Notes: generated by a model not told the origin, from the sequence alone. A DNA stretch of 64,000 nucleotides from an uncultured delta proteobacterium (GCA_963810935.1 CAWEPK010000005.1:256001-320000), one strand, 5' to 3'; numbered from the stretch's first letter, positions 30,266 through 41,361 are shown. Translations and numbers: made by a program.

Positions 30266-30415
30266 TTTCTTCGCCGAGGTACACCTCGCCAAAGCTTGCC
30301 CAAGGCGCTAATGTATAATTGGTACAATGATTAGGGTAGCTTGTCAAGCATTTTCTGTATTTTCTGCTTTACTTTTTACGTTATTTGCGTTTATTGTTAT
30401 TGTTAAAGGGGAGAG

Positions 30416-30751
30416 GTGAGCTTGACCCAGGCTGCCATCACCACAAAGACGTTTAAGGAGCTTATTGCGGCAGGAGGCGGCTGCAAGATAACCCTTTTTG
30501 GGCAAAATTCCGGTTTCCGCGTTGTTATACGCTACGGGGCGATAGAGAGCATTTTATCAGGCGTCCGTGGCTCTCCCCGGCTTTTTTCGTCCCTGAATAC
30601 GGCTGTAAGCTACCTTGCAAGCGTAGGGATATTTATCTTCGAGGTAAACGCGGCGGAATACAAGCCCGGCCTGATCAGGAGCCCACGTCCCGACCGGGCG
30701 AAGGCACTTAGGGAAACGAGAAAGAACCCGAAGCAGGAGCGCCTCATATGA
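30416..30751 (+). CDS. hypothetical protein resembling small plasmid partition-associated ('ParC'-type) proteins
   Basis: SD GGGGAG; motif GQ..GF.V.IRYG..E..L...RG..RLF..LNTAVSYL..VGI..F.V.A..Y.P (family recalled, not searched). Confidence 0.5.
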   Translation: MSLTQAAITTKTFKELIAAGGGCKITLFGQNSGFRVVIRYGAIESILSGVRGSPRLFSSLNTAVSYLASVGIFIFEVNAAEYKPGLIRSPRPDRAKALRETRKNPKQERLI

Positions 30752-30866
30752 AGGCTCCGGGCGTCGGCCTGTGTGCAGGGAGTGCCTTGATTATGTTGAC
30801 AGAAAGATATCTCTATCCTATACTCCACTCTAACCGGGGCCGCCCCCCGGCATGGGGGACGCATTT

Positions 30867-31451
30867 ATGTCGATAAAGCCTTTCACGCTCGTGTGCGCGG
30901 CTGTCTTTGCAGCCTCTTTTCTGTTCGGCTGCGAATCGGTTAGCAGGCTGGAGGAACCCCCGGGGCTGCTGAGGGTCGAAACCGAGGCGGTGCCTGCCCC
31001 GGAGGCCAAGGTAGCCCAGCCTGAGGCCAAGACCGCACTCTGTCCGGATTGTGCGGCGCGTCTCAAAGGCCCCAAGGCAGCGCCCGTTTACCGGTCGGGT
31101 CCGAGGCTCTCCGAGGCGCCGGGCCTTGCGGACATCTATTTCGATTACGACAAACACGCGATAACTCCTGCCGCGGCCCGCATCCTCAGGAACAACGCGG
31201 CATGGTTCAGGGCCAACCCCGGAGTAAAGGTCAGGGTCGAAGGGTACTGTGACGAGAGGGGCACCGGCAAATACAACGTACGCCTCGGACAGCAGAGGGC
31301 CGAAGCCGCTAAGAACTTTCTCGTGAAGCTGGGCGTCAATAGAAGGCTTCTGGAGGTATCCACCTATGGCAGTGATAAACCCGATCCATCAGACCATAAT
31401 CTTCGGGCTTGGGCTAAGAACAGGAAGGTCCATTTTGAGCCGGTCCAGTAG
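30867..31451 (+). CDS. OmpA/Pal-family peptidoglycan-associated lipoprotein
   Basis: Lipobox LFGC; IYFDYDK, VEGYCDERGT..YN..LG..RA, AKNRKV. Confidence 0.9.
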   Translation: MSIKPFTLVCAAVFAASFLFGCESVSRLEEPPGLLRVETEAVPAPEAKVAQPEAKTALCPDCAARLKGPKAAPVYRSGPRLSEAPGLADIYFDYDKHAITPAAARILRNNAAWFRANPGVKVRVEGYCDERGTGKYNVRLGQQRAEAAKNFLVKLGVNRRLLEVSTYGSDKPDPSDHNLRAWAKNRKVHFEPVQ

Positions 31452-32331
31452 GTACTGCCTCATAGCCGCCGTAATCGTCACGGCCTCGCTCTGCCTTGCC
31501 GCGCCGTCTCATGCCTTCAATCCTGCGGACTACCAGAGGCTCCTTACGACCAACTCCTGCCCGAAATGCGACCTCGAGCAGCTCGACCTCTCGTCCGCCG
31601 ACCTTGCGGCCGCAGTCCTTAACGGTGCAAACCTCGTCGATACGGACCTCACTTTTACGAACCTTTATCATTCCAGGTTGGAAGGCGTCTCGCTGAAGAC
31701 AGGCAATCTGTCCGGCGCAAACCTGACAGGGGCAAACCTGGCGGGGGCGAATCTTACAGGGGCAAACCTTTTCGACGCGAACCTGACCGGGGCAAACCTT
31801 ATGGGGGCGAATCTGACCGGGGCAAACCTCGTTGCAGCCAAGTTTTTCGGCGCCAATCTTTCAAGGGCCAATTTTTCGGGGGCGAACCTCTCCCGCGCCA
31901 TCCTTTCGCACGCAGACGTCACAAGGGCAAACCTGGCGGGGGCAAACCTCAACAAGGTCATTATGAAGTGGGCGGACTTCGCGGGCAGCAACCTGTCGCG
32001 CTCCGACATGACCGCCGCTGACATAGGCAGCTCCCGGTTCTTCCGCGCAGACCTCTACTGCGCAAAGATGAGGAACGCAAAGGCGACGGGCGCAGACTTT
32101 CTGAAGGCGAACCTCAGTCAGGCGGACATGACCGAGGCGGATATGAACGGGGCCAACTTTACCGAAACGGACATGAACCTCGCGGACATGACGAGCGCCG
32201 ATTTCACGAACGCGATTCTTTTCCGCGCCATCCTTTCGCGGGCAGTGCTGACTAATACCATATTCACCGGCGCGACCTGGACGGACGGCAGGATATTCAG
32301 GTCCGCGTCATCATACAAGCCAGGCAGGTAG
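31435..32331 (+). CDS. exported pentapeptide repeat protein
   Basis: Signal peptide; RLLTTNSCPKCDL followed by long A(N/D)(L/M/F)xx repeats; TTG start approximate. Confidence 0.9.
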   Translation: MSRSSRYCLIAAVIVTASLCLAAPSHAFNPADYQRLLTTNSCPKCDLEQLDLSSADLAAAVLNGANLVDTDLTFTNLYHSRLEGVSLKTGNLSGANLTGANLAGANLTGANLFDANLTGANLMGANLTGANLVAAKFFGANLSRANFSGANLSRAILSHADVTRANLAGANLNKVIMKWADFAGSNLSRSDMTAADIGSSRFFRADLYCAKMRNAKATGADFLKANLSQADMTEADMNGANFTETDMNLADMTSADFTNAILFRAILSRAVLTNTIFTGATWTDGRIFRSASSYKPGR

Positions 32332-32356
32332 AGGCATCCCGACCGAAAAGCCGGGC

Positions 32357-32884
32357 CTACCACCACGCGTACGGAGGGCCTTCCCAACCGTACGGTTCCC
32401 AATAGGACGGATAGGGATAGTAAGGATAGGAGTACGCGTAGCGTAAATCTCTCTCCAGGCTCACCCGGACTATCGTAAATACGGGAAAGACGTATTCCAT
32501 CTCACCCACCTTGCCCCTTGCGGTACCCGTAAAGACGCCCGCTATGGTGACGTTCCTGTTTCTCTTGTAAACAAGCGGGTCGAGTAGGCCCTTGTCCTTC
32601 GGGTAGACCGCCAGGTAGCGTCTTGACGAGGCGTGCATCGGCTCCGGATAGCCCCTGGAATCGACGGGCGCGTAAAGCGCCTCGATCTCGGACCCCTCCG
32701 GCAGCAGCTTGGTCTCGGCGATCACTCCACCCAGGATGAAGAGCTTATTCCGGTACATGTCCGGGTTTTGAATGAGCGACCCGAGGTCCGGGTTTCTCGT
32801 ACCTTCCTCTATCAAGTCTTTTTGGACCGCGTAAGTACAGGAAACAAGAAGCAGAAGGAGCAATAACACAGCAAGCCGTTTCAT
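32357..32884 (-). CDS. Slp family outer-membrane lipoprotein
   Basis: Lipobox LVSC; LGGVI, P.DSRGYP, LDPLVY, VTIAG, G.VGEMEY.FP, Tyr/Pro-rich tail. Confidence 0.85.
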   Translation of the reverse strand: MKRLAVLLLLLLLVSCTYAVQKDLIEEGTRNPDLGSLIQNPDMYRNKLFILGGVIAETKLLPEGSEIEALYAPVDSRGYPEPMHASSRRYLAVYPKDKGLLDPLVYKRNRNVTIAGVFTGTARGKVGEMEYVFPVFTIVRVSLERDLRYAYSYPYYPYPSYWEPYGWEGPPYAWW

Positions 32885-33256
32885 AGTTGCCACCTCTTTC
32901 CCGGTCGTTTTCGATTATCCCGTAGGGACCTATTTAATTTTTATACGGAAGATGAAAAAATCAAGGTTGTTATGAAAGGTTGCGGCCGTCCCGGCGGTTT
33001 ATGCGTGGAGGCCGGGTTCTCGGCTTATATTTGGTATCCGTCGTATCGAATAAACTATGTCTTTCGGATTGTTTCCTTCCGGGCATCTTCCCCATTCTAC
33101 CATCGACCACTGCAAAATCAACGTGAATTCATCGTTTTTCGGGCCATGGGCCATAGTTGAACGAAAATGGCCGGGAAATGCACGCATCATGACCCTGAAA
33201 GTCCGAAGAGCGAACTGCCGCGTATATCGCTGGGGAAGTGGGAACTGTCGCTGGAT

Positions 33257-33284
33257 AAAAAAGGGATGCGTAGGACCGCATCCC
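33257..33284 (-). terminator. intrinsic terminator after tRNA-Leu
   Basis: GGGATGCG/CGCATCCC stem followed by T6 on the minus strand. Confidence 0.8.
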
Positions 33285-33296
33285 GTTTATGAACTA

Positions 33297-33382
33297 TGGT
33301 GCCGACGGCGGGACTCGAACCCGCACGGGTCTCCCCGCCACCCCCTCAAGATGGTGTGTCTACCAAATTCCACCACATCGGC
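33297..33382 (-). tRNA. tRNA-Leu(GAG)
   Basis: GCCGATGTGGTGGAATTTGGTAGACAC...TT-GAG-GG...long variable arm...GTTCGAGTCCCGCCGTCGGCACCA; typical position after secG. Confidence 0.95.
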
Positions 33383-33390
33383 ACGCGCAT

Positions 33391-33693
33391 TTATTTCGCC
33401 TTGGCAGGCAGCTTTTCTTCTACCGGGACCGGCACGGTCGTCGTCCTCGACGACACGGTCCGGCCGCTTGTGTACATAAGGGCAAGCACGAGGCTCGTAA
33501 GCATAAATACGATAACGACAACCGTTGTGACCCTCGTCATGAAGCCCGATGTGCCCGAGCTGCCGAAAAGCGTCTGGCTCGCCCCGCTTCCGAATGCTGC
33601 GCCTATCTCGGACCCCCGTCCCGTCTGCAAAAGGACGATGAGGATAAGGGCAATGGCGGCCAGTATATGTATAATAGCTATTGCTGTAGTCAT
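33391..33693 (-). CDS. secG: preprotein translocase subunit SecG
   Basis: VLLQ.G.G..IGAAFG.GASQTLFGS.G. Confidence 0.95.
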   Translation of the reverse strand: MTTAIAIIHILAAIALILIVLLQTGRGSEIGAAFGSGASQTLFGSSGTSGFMTRVTTVVVIVFMLTSLVLALMYTSGRTVSSRTTTVPVPVEEKLPAKAK

Positions 33694-34448
33694 CTCTGTT
33701 TATCCGAAACGGTTCTTATTATACCGATAAAGCTCTCGGATTTCAAGGATGCACCCCCAATTAGCGCCCCGTCTATATCTTCCATTGCGAAAAGCTCGCC
33801 GACATTGTCGGGCGTGACGCTCCCCCCGTACAGGACCCTGGCCGCTTTCGCCGCGTCCCCGTAGTTTTGCGCGAGGAGCCCCCTTATAAAGGCATGGACC
33901 GCCTGGGCCTGAACGGGCGTAGCGTTCTTGCCCGTCCCTATCGCCCATACGGGCTCGTAGGCTATCGTCACGTCGTCCAGGCTCCCGACCCCGGAGAGGC
34001 CGGCCTTCACCTGCCTGCCGACCACGAACTCGGTGATGCCCTTCTCCTGCTCTGCCTCCGTCTCGCCCACGCACAATATCGCCTTCAGCCCGGCCGCCAG
34101 CGCCTTCTTCACCTTGGCGTTCACGGTCTCGTCCGTTTCGTGGAAGTATTTCCTCCGCTCGGAATGGCCGATGATGACGTACGTGCAGCCCGCGTCCTTG
34201 AGCATCGCGGGCGCTATCTCTCCCGTATAGGCGCCTTTATCTTCGTAAAAGACGTTCTGGGCCGCAAGGGAGACGCGGCTTCCCTTTATAACTTCATAGA
34301 CTGCGGAAAGTGCCGTGAAAACAGGGGCGAGCACGATATCGCCCCCCGTCACGTTTGTCGTGCCTGCGACTATGGCGCCGGCCAGCGCGGCCGATTCCGC
34401 TATCGTGTTGTGCATCTTCCAGTTCCCTGCAAGCATCCATTGTCTCAT
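33690..34448 (-). CDS. tpiA: triosephosphate isomerase
   Basis: AGNWKM, GHSERR, AYEPVWAIGTG, LYGGSV. Confidence 0.98.
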   Translation of the reverse strand: MRQWMLAGNWKMHNTIAESAALAGAIVAGTTNVTGGDIVLAPVFTALSAVYEVIKGSRVSLAAQNVFYEDKGAYTGEIAPAMLKDAGCTYVIIGHSERRKYFHETDETVNAKVKKALAAGLKAILCVGETEAEQEKGITEFVVGRQVKAGLSGVGSLDDVTIAYEPVWAIGTGKNATPVQAQAVHAFIRGLLAQNYGDAAKAARVLYGGSVTPDNVGELFAMEDIDGALIGGASLKSESFIGIIRTVSDKQR

Positions 34449-35638
34449 CGCTTGCCTCCGCAGGTCTCCAGGGCCTCGACCGCCGGCATGGTCTTGCCTT
34501 CGAGCAGCTCGAGGAACGCGCCCCCGCCGGTCGATATGTACGATATCCTGTGCGCCTCTCCCGCCTTATGTATGGCCGTGTCCGTGTCTCCGCCCCCTAC
34601 GATGCTAAGCGCGTGGGCGTTCGCCACGAAGTTTACGAGACCGTACGTGCCCCTGCTGAAGCTGTCGATCTCGAAGACCCCCATCGGGCCGTTCCAGACG
34701 ATGGTCTTCGCGTCGTATAAGGCCTCGCCGAACAATGTGGTCGTGGCGGGGCCTATATCGAGGGCCATCCAGTCGGCAGGGATCTCCTGCACGGGCACAT
34801 ATTTAGTCTCCGCGTCCGCCGTTATTTTCTCCGCTATGACGCAGTCGATCGGCAGATAGAGCCTGACCTTTTTCTCCGCTGCGAGGGCCATGATCTTCTT
34901 TGCGGTATCAAGCATGTCCGTTTCGCAGAGAGATTTGCCTACCTCGTGGCCGAGTGCCTTCAGAAAAGTGAAGGCCATGCCGCCGCCGATGATGAGCTTG
35001 TCTACCTTTTCCGTCAGCCTTTCGAGCACGGCTATCTTGTCGGAGACCTTCGCCCCGCCGATGATGGCGACGAGCGGCCTGACGGGGTTATCCGTGGCCC
35101 GCTTGAGGTAGTCAAGCTCCGATTCCAGCAGCAGGCCCACTGCGCAGTCCGCCACGTAGTTGGTTATGCCCGCGTTCGAAGCGTGCCCCCGGTGGGCGAC
35201 CGCGAACGCGTCGTCTACGTAGACGTCGCACAGCCGCGCCAGTTGCTCCGCGAAGCCTGCGTCGTTCTTCTCTTCTTCAGCGTGAAACCGCAGGTTCTCG
35301 AGGAGCAGGACGTCGCCGTCCTTCATGGCCGCCACCGCCTTTTCGGCCTCCGGGCCTATGCATTCGTCGGCAAAGGCGACGTTCTTGCCGAGCAGCTCCG
35401 ACAGCCTGGCGGCCGCCGGCTTCAGGGAGAATTTCTCCGCCCTCTTGCCTTTAGGCCGCCCCAGGTGCGAGGCGAGGATCGCCTTCCCCCCGTTGCCCGT
35501 AACATAATTTATCGTGGGGAGGTGCGCCTTTATCCTCGTATCGTCCGTAATGTGCCCCTGGTCGTCCATGGGCACGTTGAAATCAACGCGAATGAATACT
35601 TTTTTTCCGCGAACAGCAAGGTCTCTCACTGATTTCAT
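34445..35638 (-). CDS. pgk: phosphoglycerate kinase
   Basis: RVDFNVP, SHLGRP, LLENLRF, GGAKVSDK, ISTGGGA. Confidence 0.98.
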   Translation of the reverse strand: MKSVRDLAVRGKKVFIRVDFNVPMDDQGHITDDTRIKAHLPTINYVTGNGGKAILASHLGRPKGKRAEKFSLKPAAARLSELLGKNVAFADECIGPEAEKAVAAMKDGDVLLLENLRFHAEEEKNDAGFAEQLARLCDVYVDDAFAVAHRGHASNAGITNYVADCAVGLLLESELDYLKRATDNPVRPLVAIIGGAKVSDKIAVLERLTEKVDKLIIGGGMAFTFLKALGHEVGKSLCETDMLDTAKKIMALAAEKKVRLYLPIDCVIAEKITADAETKYVPVQEIPADWMALDIGPATTTLFGEALYDAKTIVWNGPMGVFEIDSFSRGTYGLVNFVANAHALSIVGGGDTDTAIHKAGEAHRISYISTGGGAFLELLEGKTMPAVEALETCGGKR

Positions 35639-35672
35639 GGCTTCTCCCTGAAGTAACGCCAGTCCGAATCGA

Positions 35673-36680
<1,008 letters not shown>

Positions 36681-36723
36681 CTAAAAATGTGGTTAAAGTA
36701 GTAGCGGAAGCTCTCCCGCCCCG

Positions 36724-37251
36724 TCAAACAGCTTCTTTGCGAAAAAACGCGGTCCAGCCTGCAAAAACGTACTGTATGCCCGATATGGCAGTCAAGAGGG
36801 CAGTTGTGTAAAAAAAGAACAAATCGAAGCTCCAGCCCGCAAAGGCCAGAATATATACAATTGTCAGCATCTGGAAGACGGTGGTCATCTTGCTTACGAG
36901 GCTCGGCGCGGGACCCACGGTCAGCCCCCTCTTCCATAATATAAGAAATCCGATTGAGATGACAAGGTCGCGCAGGAAGACGACGGCGAGCAGCCAGAAC
37001 GGCAATAGCCCCTGAACGCAGAGCACGATATAGGACGAGGCGAGCATTACCTTGTCGGCCGCTGGGTCGAGGTAAGCGCCCAGGTTCGTCTTTGCGCCCA
37101 TGCGCCTGGCGAAGAATCCGTCTAAAAGGTCGCTCAGGGCCTGCATTACGAAGAGGATGAGTGCAAGGAGGAACTGCTCGTAGGCGACCAGCAATATGAA
37201 AAAGGCGGTGACAAATAGGCGGAACAGAGATAGAAGGTTTGGAAGGTTCAT
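36724..37251 (-). CDS. CDP-alcohol phosphatidyltransferase (PgsA family)
   Basis: [19 protein letters not shown]...[13 protein letters not shown]. Confidence 0.9.
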   Translation of the reverse strand: MNLPNLLSLFRLFVTAFFILLVAYEQFLLALILFVMQALSDLLDGFFARRMGAKTNLGAYLDPAADKVMLASSYIVLCVQGLLPFWLLAVVFLRDLVISIGFLILWKRGLTVGPAPSLVSKMTTVFQMLTIVYILAFAGWSFDLFFFYTTALLTAISGIQYVFAGWTAFFRKEAV

Positions 37252-38604
37252 TCTCTGTAAAGGTTTTTAAAGGTCGTATAAGCCGAAACGAAGGCAGTCT
37301 CGATCTCGCCCGTCGGCCCGTTCCGCTGCTTTCCTATTATTATCTCCGCAACACCCTTCCGCTCGGAGTTCCTGTTATAGACCTCGTCGCGATAGATAAA
37401 GATAATGACGTCCGCGTCCTGCTCGATTGCGCCCGACTCACGCAAATCCGCCAGGCGCGGCCGCTTGTCTTCTCTTTGCTCGACCATCCTGTTGAGCTGC
37501 GATATCGCCACTACCGGGATATTCAGCTCTTTTGCCAGTGCCTTGAGGGACCGCGATATCTCCGATATCTCCTGTTCCCTCCGGTCTAAGCTGCTGGTCC
37601 TGCCGCGCATGAGCTGGAGGTAGTCGATTACGAGCATCCCCAGGCCGTGCTCCTTTTTCAGGCGCCTTGCCCTTGCCCGCAGCTCCAGGATGCTTAAGGC
37701 CGGCGTATCGTCTATGTAAATGGGCGCCGTGTAGAGCCTTCCGGCAGCAGTCCCTATCTGGTGCCATTCCGTGTCTTTGATCGCGCCCGAGCGGAGCTTG
37801 GAGAACTCGACTTCCGCTTCCGAGCTTAAGAGCCTCATGACGAGCTGCTCTTTCGACATTTCCAGCGAAAAGACCCCAACCGGGAGCCCGCCTTCCGAAA
37901 GGCCCACGTGCTGGGCTATGTTGAGGCAAAAAGCGGTCTTCCCCATGCTGGGCCTGCCTGCGACTATGATAAGGTCGGAGGGCTGGAAGCCGCTCGTCAT
38001 CTTGTCGAGGCTCGGTGAAGCCCGTAGGCACGCCCGTGACCGCCAGCTTCTTCTCGGAGAGCTTCTCGATCACCTTCATGTTATCCATCACCAGGTCCTT
38101 GATGGAATAGAACGAAGGCTTGTATTTCTTCTCAGCTATCTGGAATATGAGTTGTTCGGCCTCGTCGATGTAGCCGTCTACGTTTGCCTCGACTCCATAG
38201 CCCCTTTCGACAATCTCCGTCGCGGTATGCATGAGGTTACGCAAGAGCGCCTTCTCCCTCACCATCTTCGCGTACTGGACTATGTTGGCCGACGTGGGCA
38301 TGGCGTCCACCATGCGGCTAAGGTTCGCCACGCCCCCCATTTTTTCGACGACGCCCCTGTCCCGGGCCAAGCTGGTCACGGTGACAAGGTCGATCGGCTC
38401 GTTCCTCTCGTAAAGATCGAGAATCACTTGGAAAATGGTCCTGTGGTCTTCCCTGTAGAAGTCGTCCACGTCGACGACGTCCACTATCTTGTTGAGGGCC
38501 TCCGAGTCGACCAGGATGCCGCCAAGAACCGACTGCTCCGCGTCGAGGTTCTGGGGCGGTATGCGGCCCTTGCTCTCAACAGCGATTTTGGCGACCCTTG
38601 CCAT
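37248..38604 (-). CDS. dnaB: replicative DNA helicase DnaB (+1 frameshift at 38009-38010)
   Basis: [13 protein letters not shown]; halves join as [40 protein letters not shown]. Confidence 0.95.
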
Positions 38605-39054
38605 TTACTCTTCTTCGATTTCCAGCTTCACCTGGGCTATGACGCCTTTTTCGAGATGCGCCTCGACCGTATAGGCGCCCGTCATCTTTATAGGCTCGTT
38701 TATGGTGAGCATCCTGCGGTCCAGGTCGAAATCGAGCGCCTTCTTCATCGCCTCGGCAATCTCTTTGGCGGTCACGGAGCCGAAAAGCTTCCCCTCCACG
38801 CCCGTTTTCTTCTTGATAACGATGGGAGGCGCCTCTTCGAGCTGCTTCTTAACGTTCTCGGCAGTCTTGACGTCCTTTTCCCTCTTACCCATGATGACGC
38901 GCGCCTGGTCCTGGACCTTCTTCATGGCGCCGTGCGTCGCCGGTATGGCAAAACCTTTGGGCACAAGAAAATTCCGTCCGTAGCCGTCCCGTACCTCGCG
39001 CGTCTCGCCCTTCTTGCCTACCCCGTCTACGTCGTCGATCAGTATGACCTTCAT
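38605..39054 (-). CDS. rplI: 50S ribosomal protein L9
   Basis: MKVIL..DV..VGKKGE..EV.DGYGRNFL, KLFGSVT. Confidence 0.97.
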   Translation of the reverse strand: MKVILIDDVDGVGKKGETREVRDGYGRNFLVPKGFAIPATHGAMKKVQDQARVIMGKREKDVKTAENVKKQLEEAPPIVIKKKTGVEGKLFGSVTAKEIAEAMKKALDFDLDRRMLTINEPIKMTGAYTVEAHLEKGVIAQVKLEIEEE

Positions 39055-39067
39055 CGCTTGCTACCTC

Positions 39068-39319
39068 CTATCGCGTCACGGTGGTAAAGGGCAGAAGCGC
39101 AATGTGCCGGGCTTTCTTGATTTCTTCCCGCAGCTTCCTCTGGTGGTTCGCGCAAGTCCCCGTCATCCTCCGCGGCATGATCTTGCCGCGCTCGGTAACG
39201 AAATGTTTAAGGAGCTTCGGGTCTTTATAATCTATCTTGATGCTCGCGTCCGTGCAAAACCGGCAGACACGCTTCCTCACGTAGACGCGCTTTTTTCCGG
39301 AATCCTGCATCCTCGGCAT
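39068..39319 (-). CDS. rpsR: 30S ribosomal protein S18 (zinc-binding type)
   Basis: [26 protein letters not shown]. Confidence 0.97.
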   Translation of the reverse strand: MPRMQDSGKKRVYVRKRVCRFCTDASIKIDYKDPKLLKHFVTERGKIMPRRMTGTCANHQRKLREEIKKARHIALLPFTTVTR

Positions 39320-39589
39320 TTATTCCTCCATCCATAAAATTTTACTGGCCTTTACTCTCAAAACATCACGGGACTTGAGCCGCGTCCTGATCAGCTCACC
39401 CGAAACGAGCACACCGCCCCCCAGCGCATCGTCCACTTTGCCTGGAAAGACCTCGCCCGAGCCTATCACCTCCACGCTGAACGCGCCTTCGTCTACCCAC
39501 AGCGGGAAAGTGACGACCCTTCGGCCCTTGGGGGTGTATGCCACTTCCGGTCTTTTTCTTATCTTCCCTGAGAGGAAGACTCTATTCAC
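39320..39589 (-). CDS. short SSB/PriB-like OB-fold protein
   Basis: MNRVFLSG.I...PE..YTP.G; 89 aa; lies between rpsF and rpsR. Confidence 0.75.
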   Translation of the reverse strand: MNRVFLSGKIRKRPEVAYTPKGRRVVTFPLWVDEGAFSVEVIGSGEVFPGKVDDALGGGVLVSGELIRTRLKSRDVLRVKASKILWMEE

Positions 39590-39939
39590 TATGCCTCGCC
39601 CTCCAGCTCATCGAAGACGACCGGGTCCGGTGGCTTTTCCAGGCCCTTGTCCTTCTCGTCGACGACGACGAAAAGGTGCCTGAGAATAAGGTCCATCGTC
39701 CGATAGAATTTGTCCAGTACCACCACGGTCGATTCATCCATGTTAAGGAGCAGGAAGAAATAGTGCCCCCTGTCCTTCTTCTTGATCGGATAGGCGAGCT
39801 TCCGCACGCCCCAGTCATCGACCTTGATTGTCTCCGCGCCCAGCTTCTCGATGTTTGCCTGCACCCTGCGGAGCAACTCGTCTTCGTCCTCTTTGGTACA
39901 GTCGGGCGCAACGATTAGGATATTTTCGTACCTTCTCAC
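39589..39939 (-). CDS. rpsF: 30S ribosomal protein S6
   Basis: RRYE.I.I..P, WGVRKLAYPIKK...G.Y. Confidence 0.97.
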   Translation of the reverse strand: MRRYENILIVAPDCTKEDEDELLRRVQANIEKLGAETIKVDDWGVRKLAYPIKKKDRGHYFFLLLNMDESTVVVLDKFYRTMDLILRHLFVVVDEKDKGLEKPPDPVVFDELEGEA

Positions 39940-40256
39940 GCCTGTTCTCCTTTCACGTAATCTACTACCGCGCTCCTGGAGACCTTTACCCTGACCTTTT
40001 CGGCTATTTCGATGGTAATTGCCTCGTCGGTGATACCTGTTATTTTACCATACAAACCGCCCGAAGTGATAACCGTATCTCCCTTCTTCAGGTTCTGCAT
40101 AAACTGCTTGTGCTGCTTCGCCCTTTTCTGCTGCGGCCTTATAAGGAGAAAATAGAAGACCGCGAACAGGAGGATAAGCGGGAGGAATGTAAGCATTCCA
40201 CCGCCGGCCGCGCCGCCGCCCGCCTGACTACCCATCGCATGTGCTAGACCCATCAT
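39936..40256 (-). CDS. yajC: preprotein translocase subunit YajC
   Basis: FYFLLIRPQQKR, LKKGD.V.T.GG. Confidence 0.95.
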   Translation of the reverse strand: MMGLAHAMGSQAGGGAAGGGMLTFLPLILLFAVFYFLLIRPQQKRAKQHKQFMQNLKKGDTVITSGGLYGKITGITDEAITIEIAEKVRVKVSRSAVVDYVKGEQA

Positions 40257-41361
40257 ATATCTCACCTCCTTTCCATTCTGATACGAACGTGTTATAGAAC
40301 TCCTCGAATTTTCCTTCCTTTATCGATTCCCTTATGCTTTTCATCAACCCGGTGTAGAAAAACAGGTTGTGGACCGTGTTCAGGTAATAGCTCGTAAGCT
40401 CCCGCGCCATAAAAAGGTGCCGCAGATAGGACCGAGAAAAACGGGAGCAGGTGTAACACCCGCAGGAATCGTCGATCGGGCCCGGGTCGGCCGCGTATTT
40501 TGCGTGCTTTATGTTGATCCTGCCCTTATGCGTGAAAAGGCTCCCGTTCCTTGCGTGGCGCGTGGGGATGACGCAGTCGAACATATCGACGCCTTTTTTA
40601 ACCCCCTCGACTATATCTTCAGGGAAGCCTACGCCCATCAAATAGCGCGGCTTCTCAGGCGGCATCAGGCCGATAATCCCGTCTACCATCTCCCACATGA
40701 CTTCTTTAGGCTCGCCCACGCTAAACCCCCCAAGGGCGTACCCGTCGAAGTCGATTTCCAGAAGGTCGGCCGCAGACTTCTGCCTCAAATCCGCATACAT
40801 CCCACCCTGGACGATGCCGAAAAGCAGCGACGGCGTGCTCTTTGCGGCACGCGACCTCTGCGCCCACCTCGTCGTGCGGTCGACGGAGGCCGCCGTATAG
40901 GGATGGGTGGCCGGGTAGGCGACGCATTCGTCGAGGCACATGCAGACGTCGGCCCCTATGTTTTCCTGCACTTCCACGATCCTCTCCGGGCTGAGGAAGT
41001 GCTTCGAGCCGTCGATGTGCGACTGGAAGGTCACCCCCGCCTCCTCTATTTTGCGCAGGACCCCCAGGCTGAATACCTGGTACCCGCCGCTGTCCGTCAG
41101 GACGGCCCCGTCCCAGCCTGCGAACCGCTGGATGCCGCCCATCTCCTTTATAAGCACGTCCCCCGGCCGGAGGTACAGATGGTACGCGTTCGCAAGTATC
41201 ATCCTGCTGCCCATCTCGGCCAGGTCACGCTGGAGCACCGCCTTTACCGTCCCTTGTGTCCCAACCGGCATGAAAACCGGCGTCTCTACCGGGCCGTGTT
41301 CCGTATTAAGGACGGCCAGCCGTGCCTGCCCGTCGGTTTTCAGAACAGTGAGCGCGCTCAT
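40228..41361 (-). CDS. tgt: tRNA-guanine transglycosylase
   Basis: ETPVFMPVGT, TDSGGYQVFSL, DMFDCVIPTR, C.C..C. Confidence 0.97.
   Translation of the reverse strand: MSALTVLKTDGQARLAVLNTEHGPVETPVFMPVGTQGTVKAVLQRDLAEMGSRMILANAYHLYLRPGDVLIKEMGGIQRFAGWDGAVLTDSGGYQVFSLGVLRKIEEAGVTFQSHIDGSKHFLSPERIVEVQENIGADVCMCLDECVAYPATHPYTAASVDRTTRWAQRSRAAKSTPSLLFGIVQGGMYADLRQKSAADLLEIDFDGYALGGFSVGEPKEVMWEMVDGIIGLMPPEKPRYLMGVGFPEDIVEGVKKGVDMFDCVIPTRHARNGSLFTHKGRINIKHAKYAADPGPIDDSCGCYTCSRFSRSYLRHLFMARELTSYYLNTVHNLFFYTGLMKSIRESIKEGKFEEFYNTFVSEWKGGEIYDGSSTCDG

Noticed and set aside
31700..31960. 15-bp periodic DNA repeats (ggggcaaacct...)
   Set aside because: Explained by pentapeptide-repeat coding.
32900..33250. 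Short ORFs or ncRNA between slp and tRNA-Leu
   Set aside because: No SD-supported ORF with a recognisable motif and no convincing structure.
8082..33296. EPS region as an island integrated at tRNA-Leu
   Set aside because: No integrase and no duplicated tRNA 3' end seen in the window; the tRNA's terminator follows directly.
37248..38604. dnaB (and rplN, rpsN, TPR, co-polymerase, GT4) as pseudogenes, programmed frameshifts or a split/intein gene
   Set aside because: Each is repaired by a single-base deletion at the same GAGCTS motif, with no slippery sequence, intein motif or further decay; systematic sequencing error is more parsimonious.
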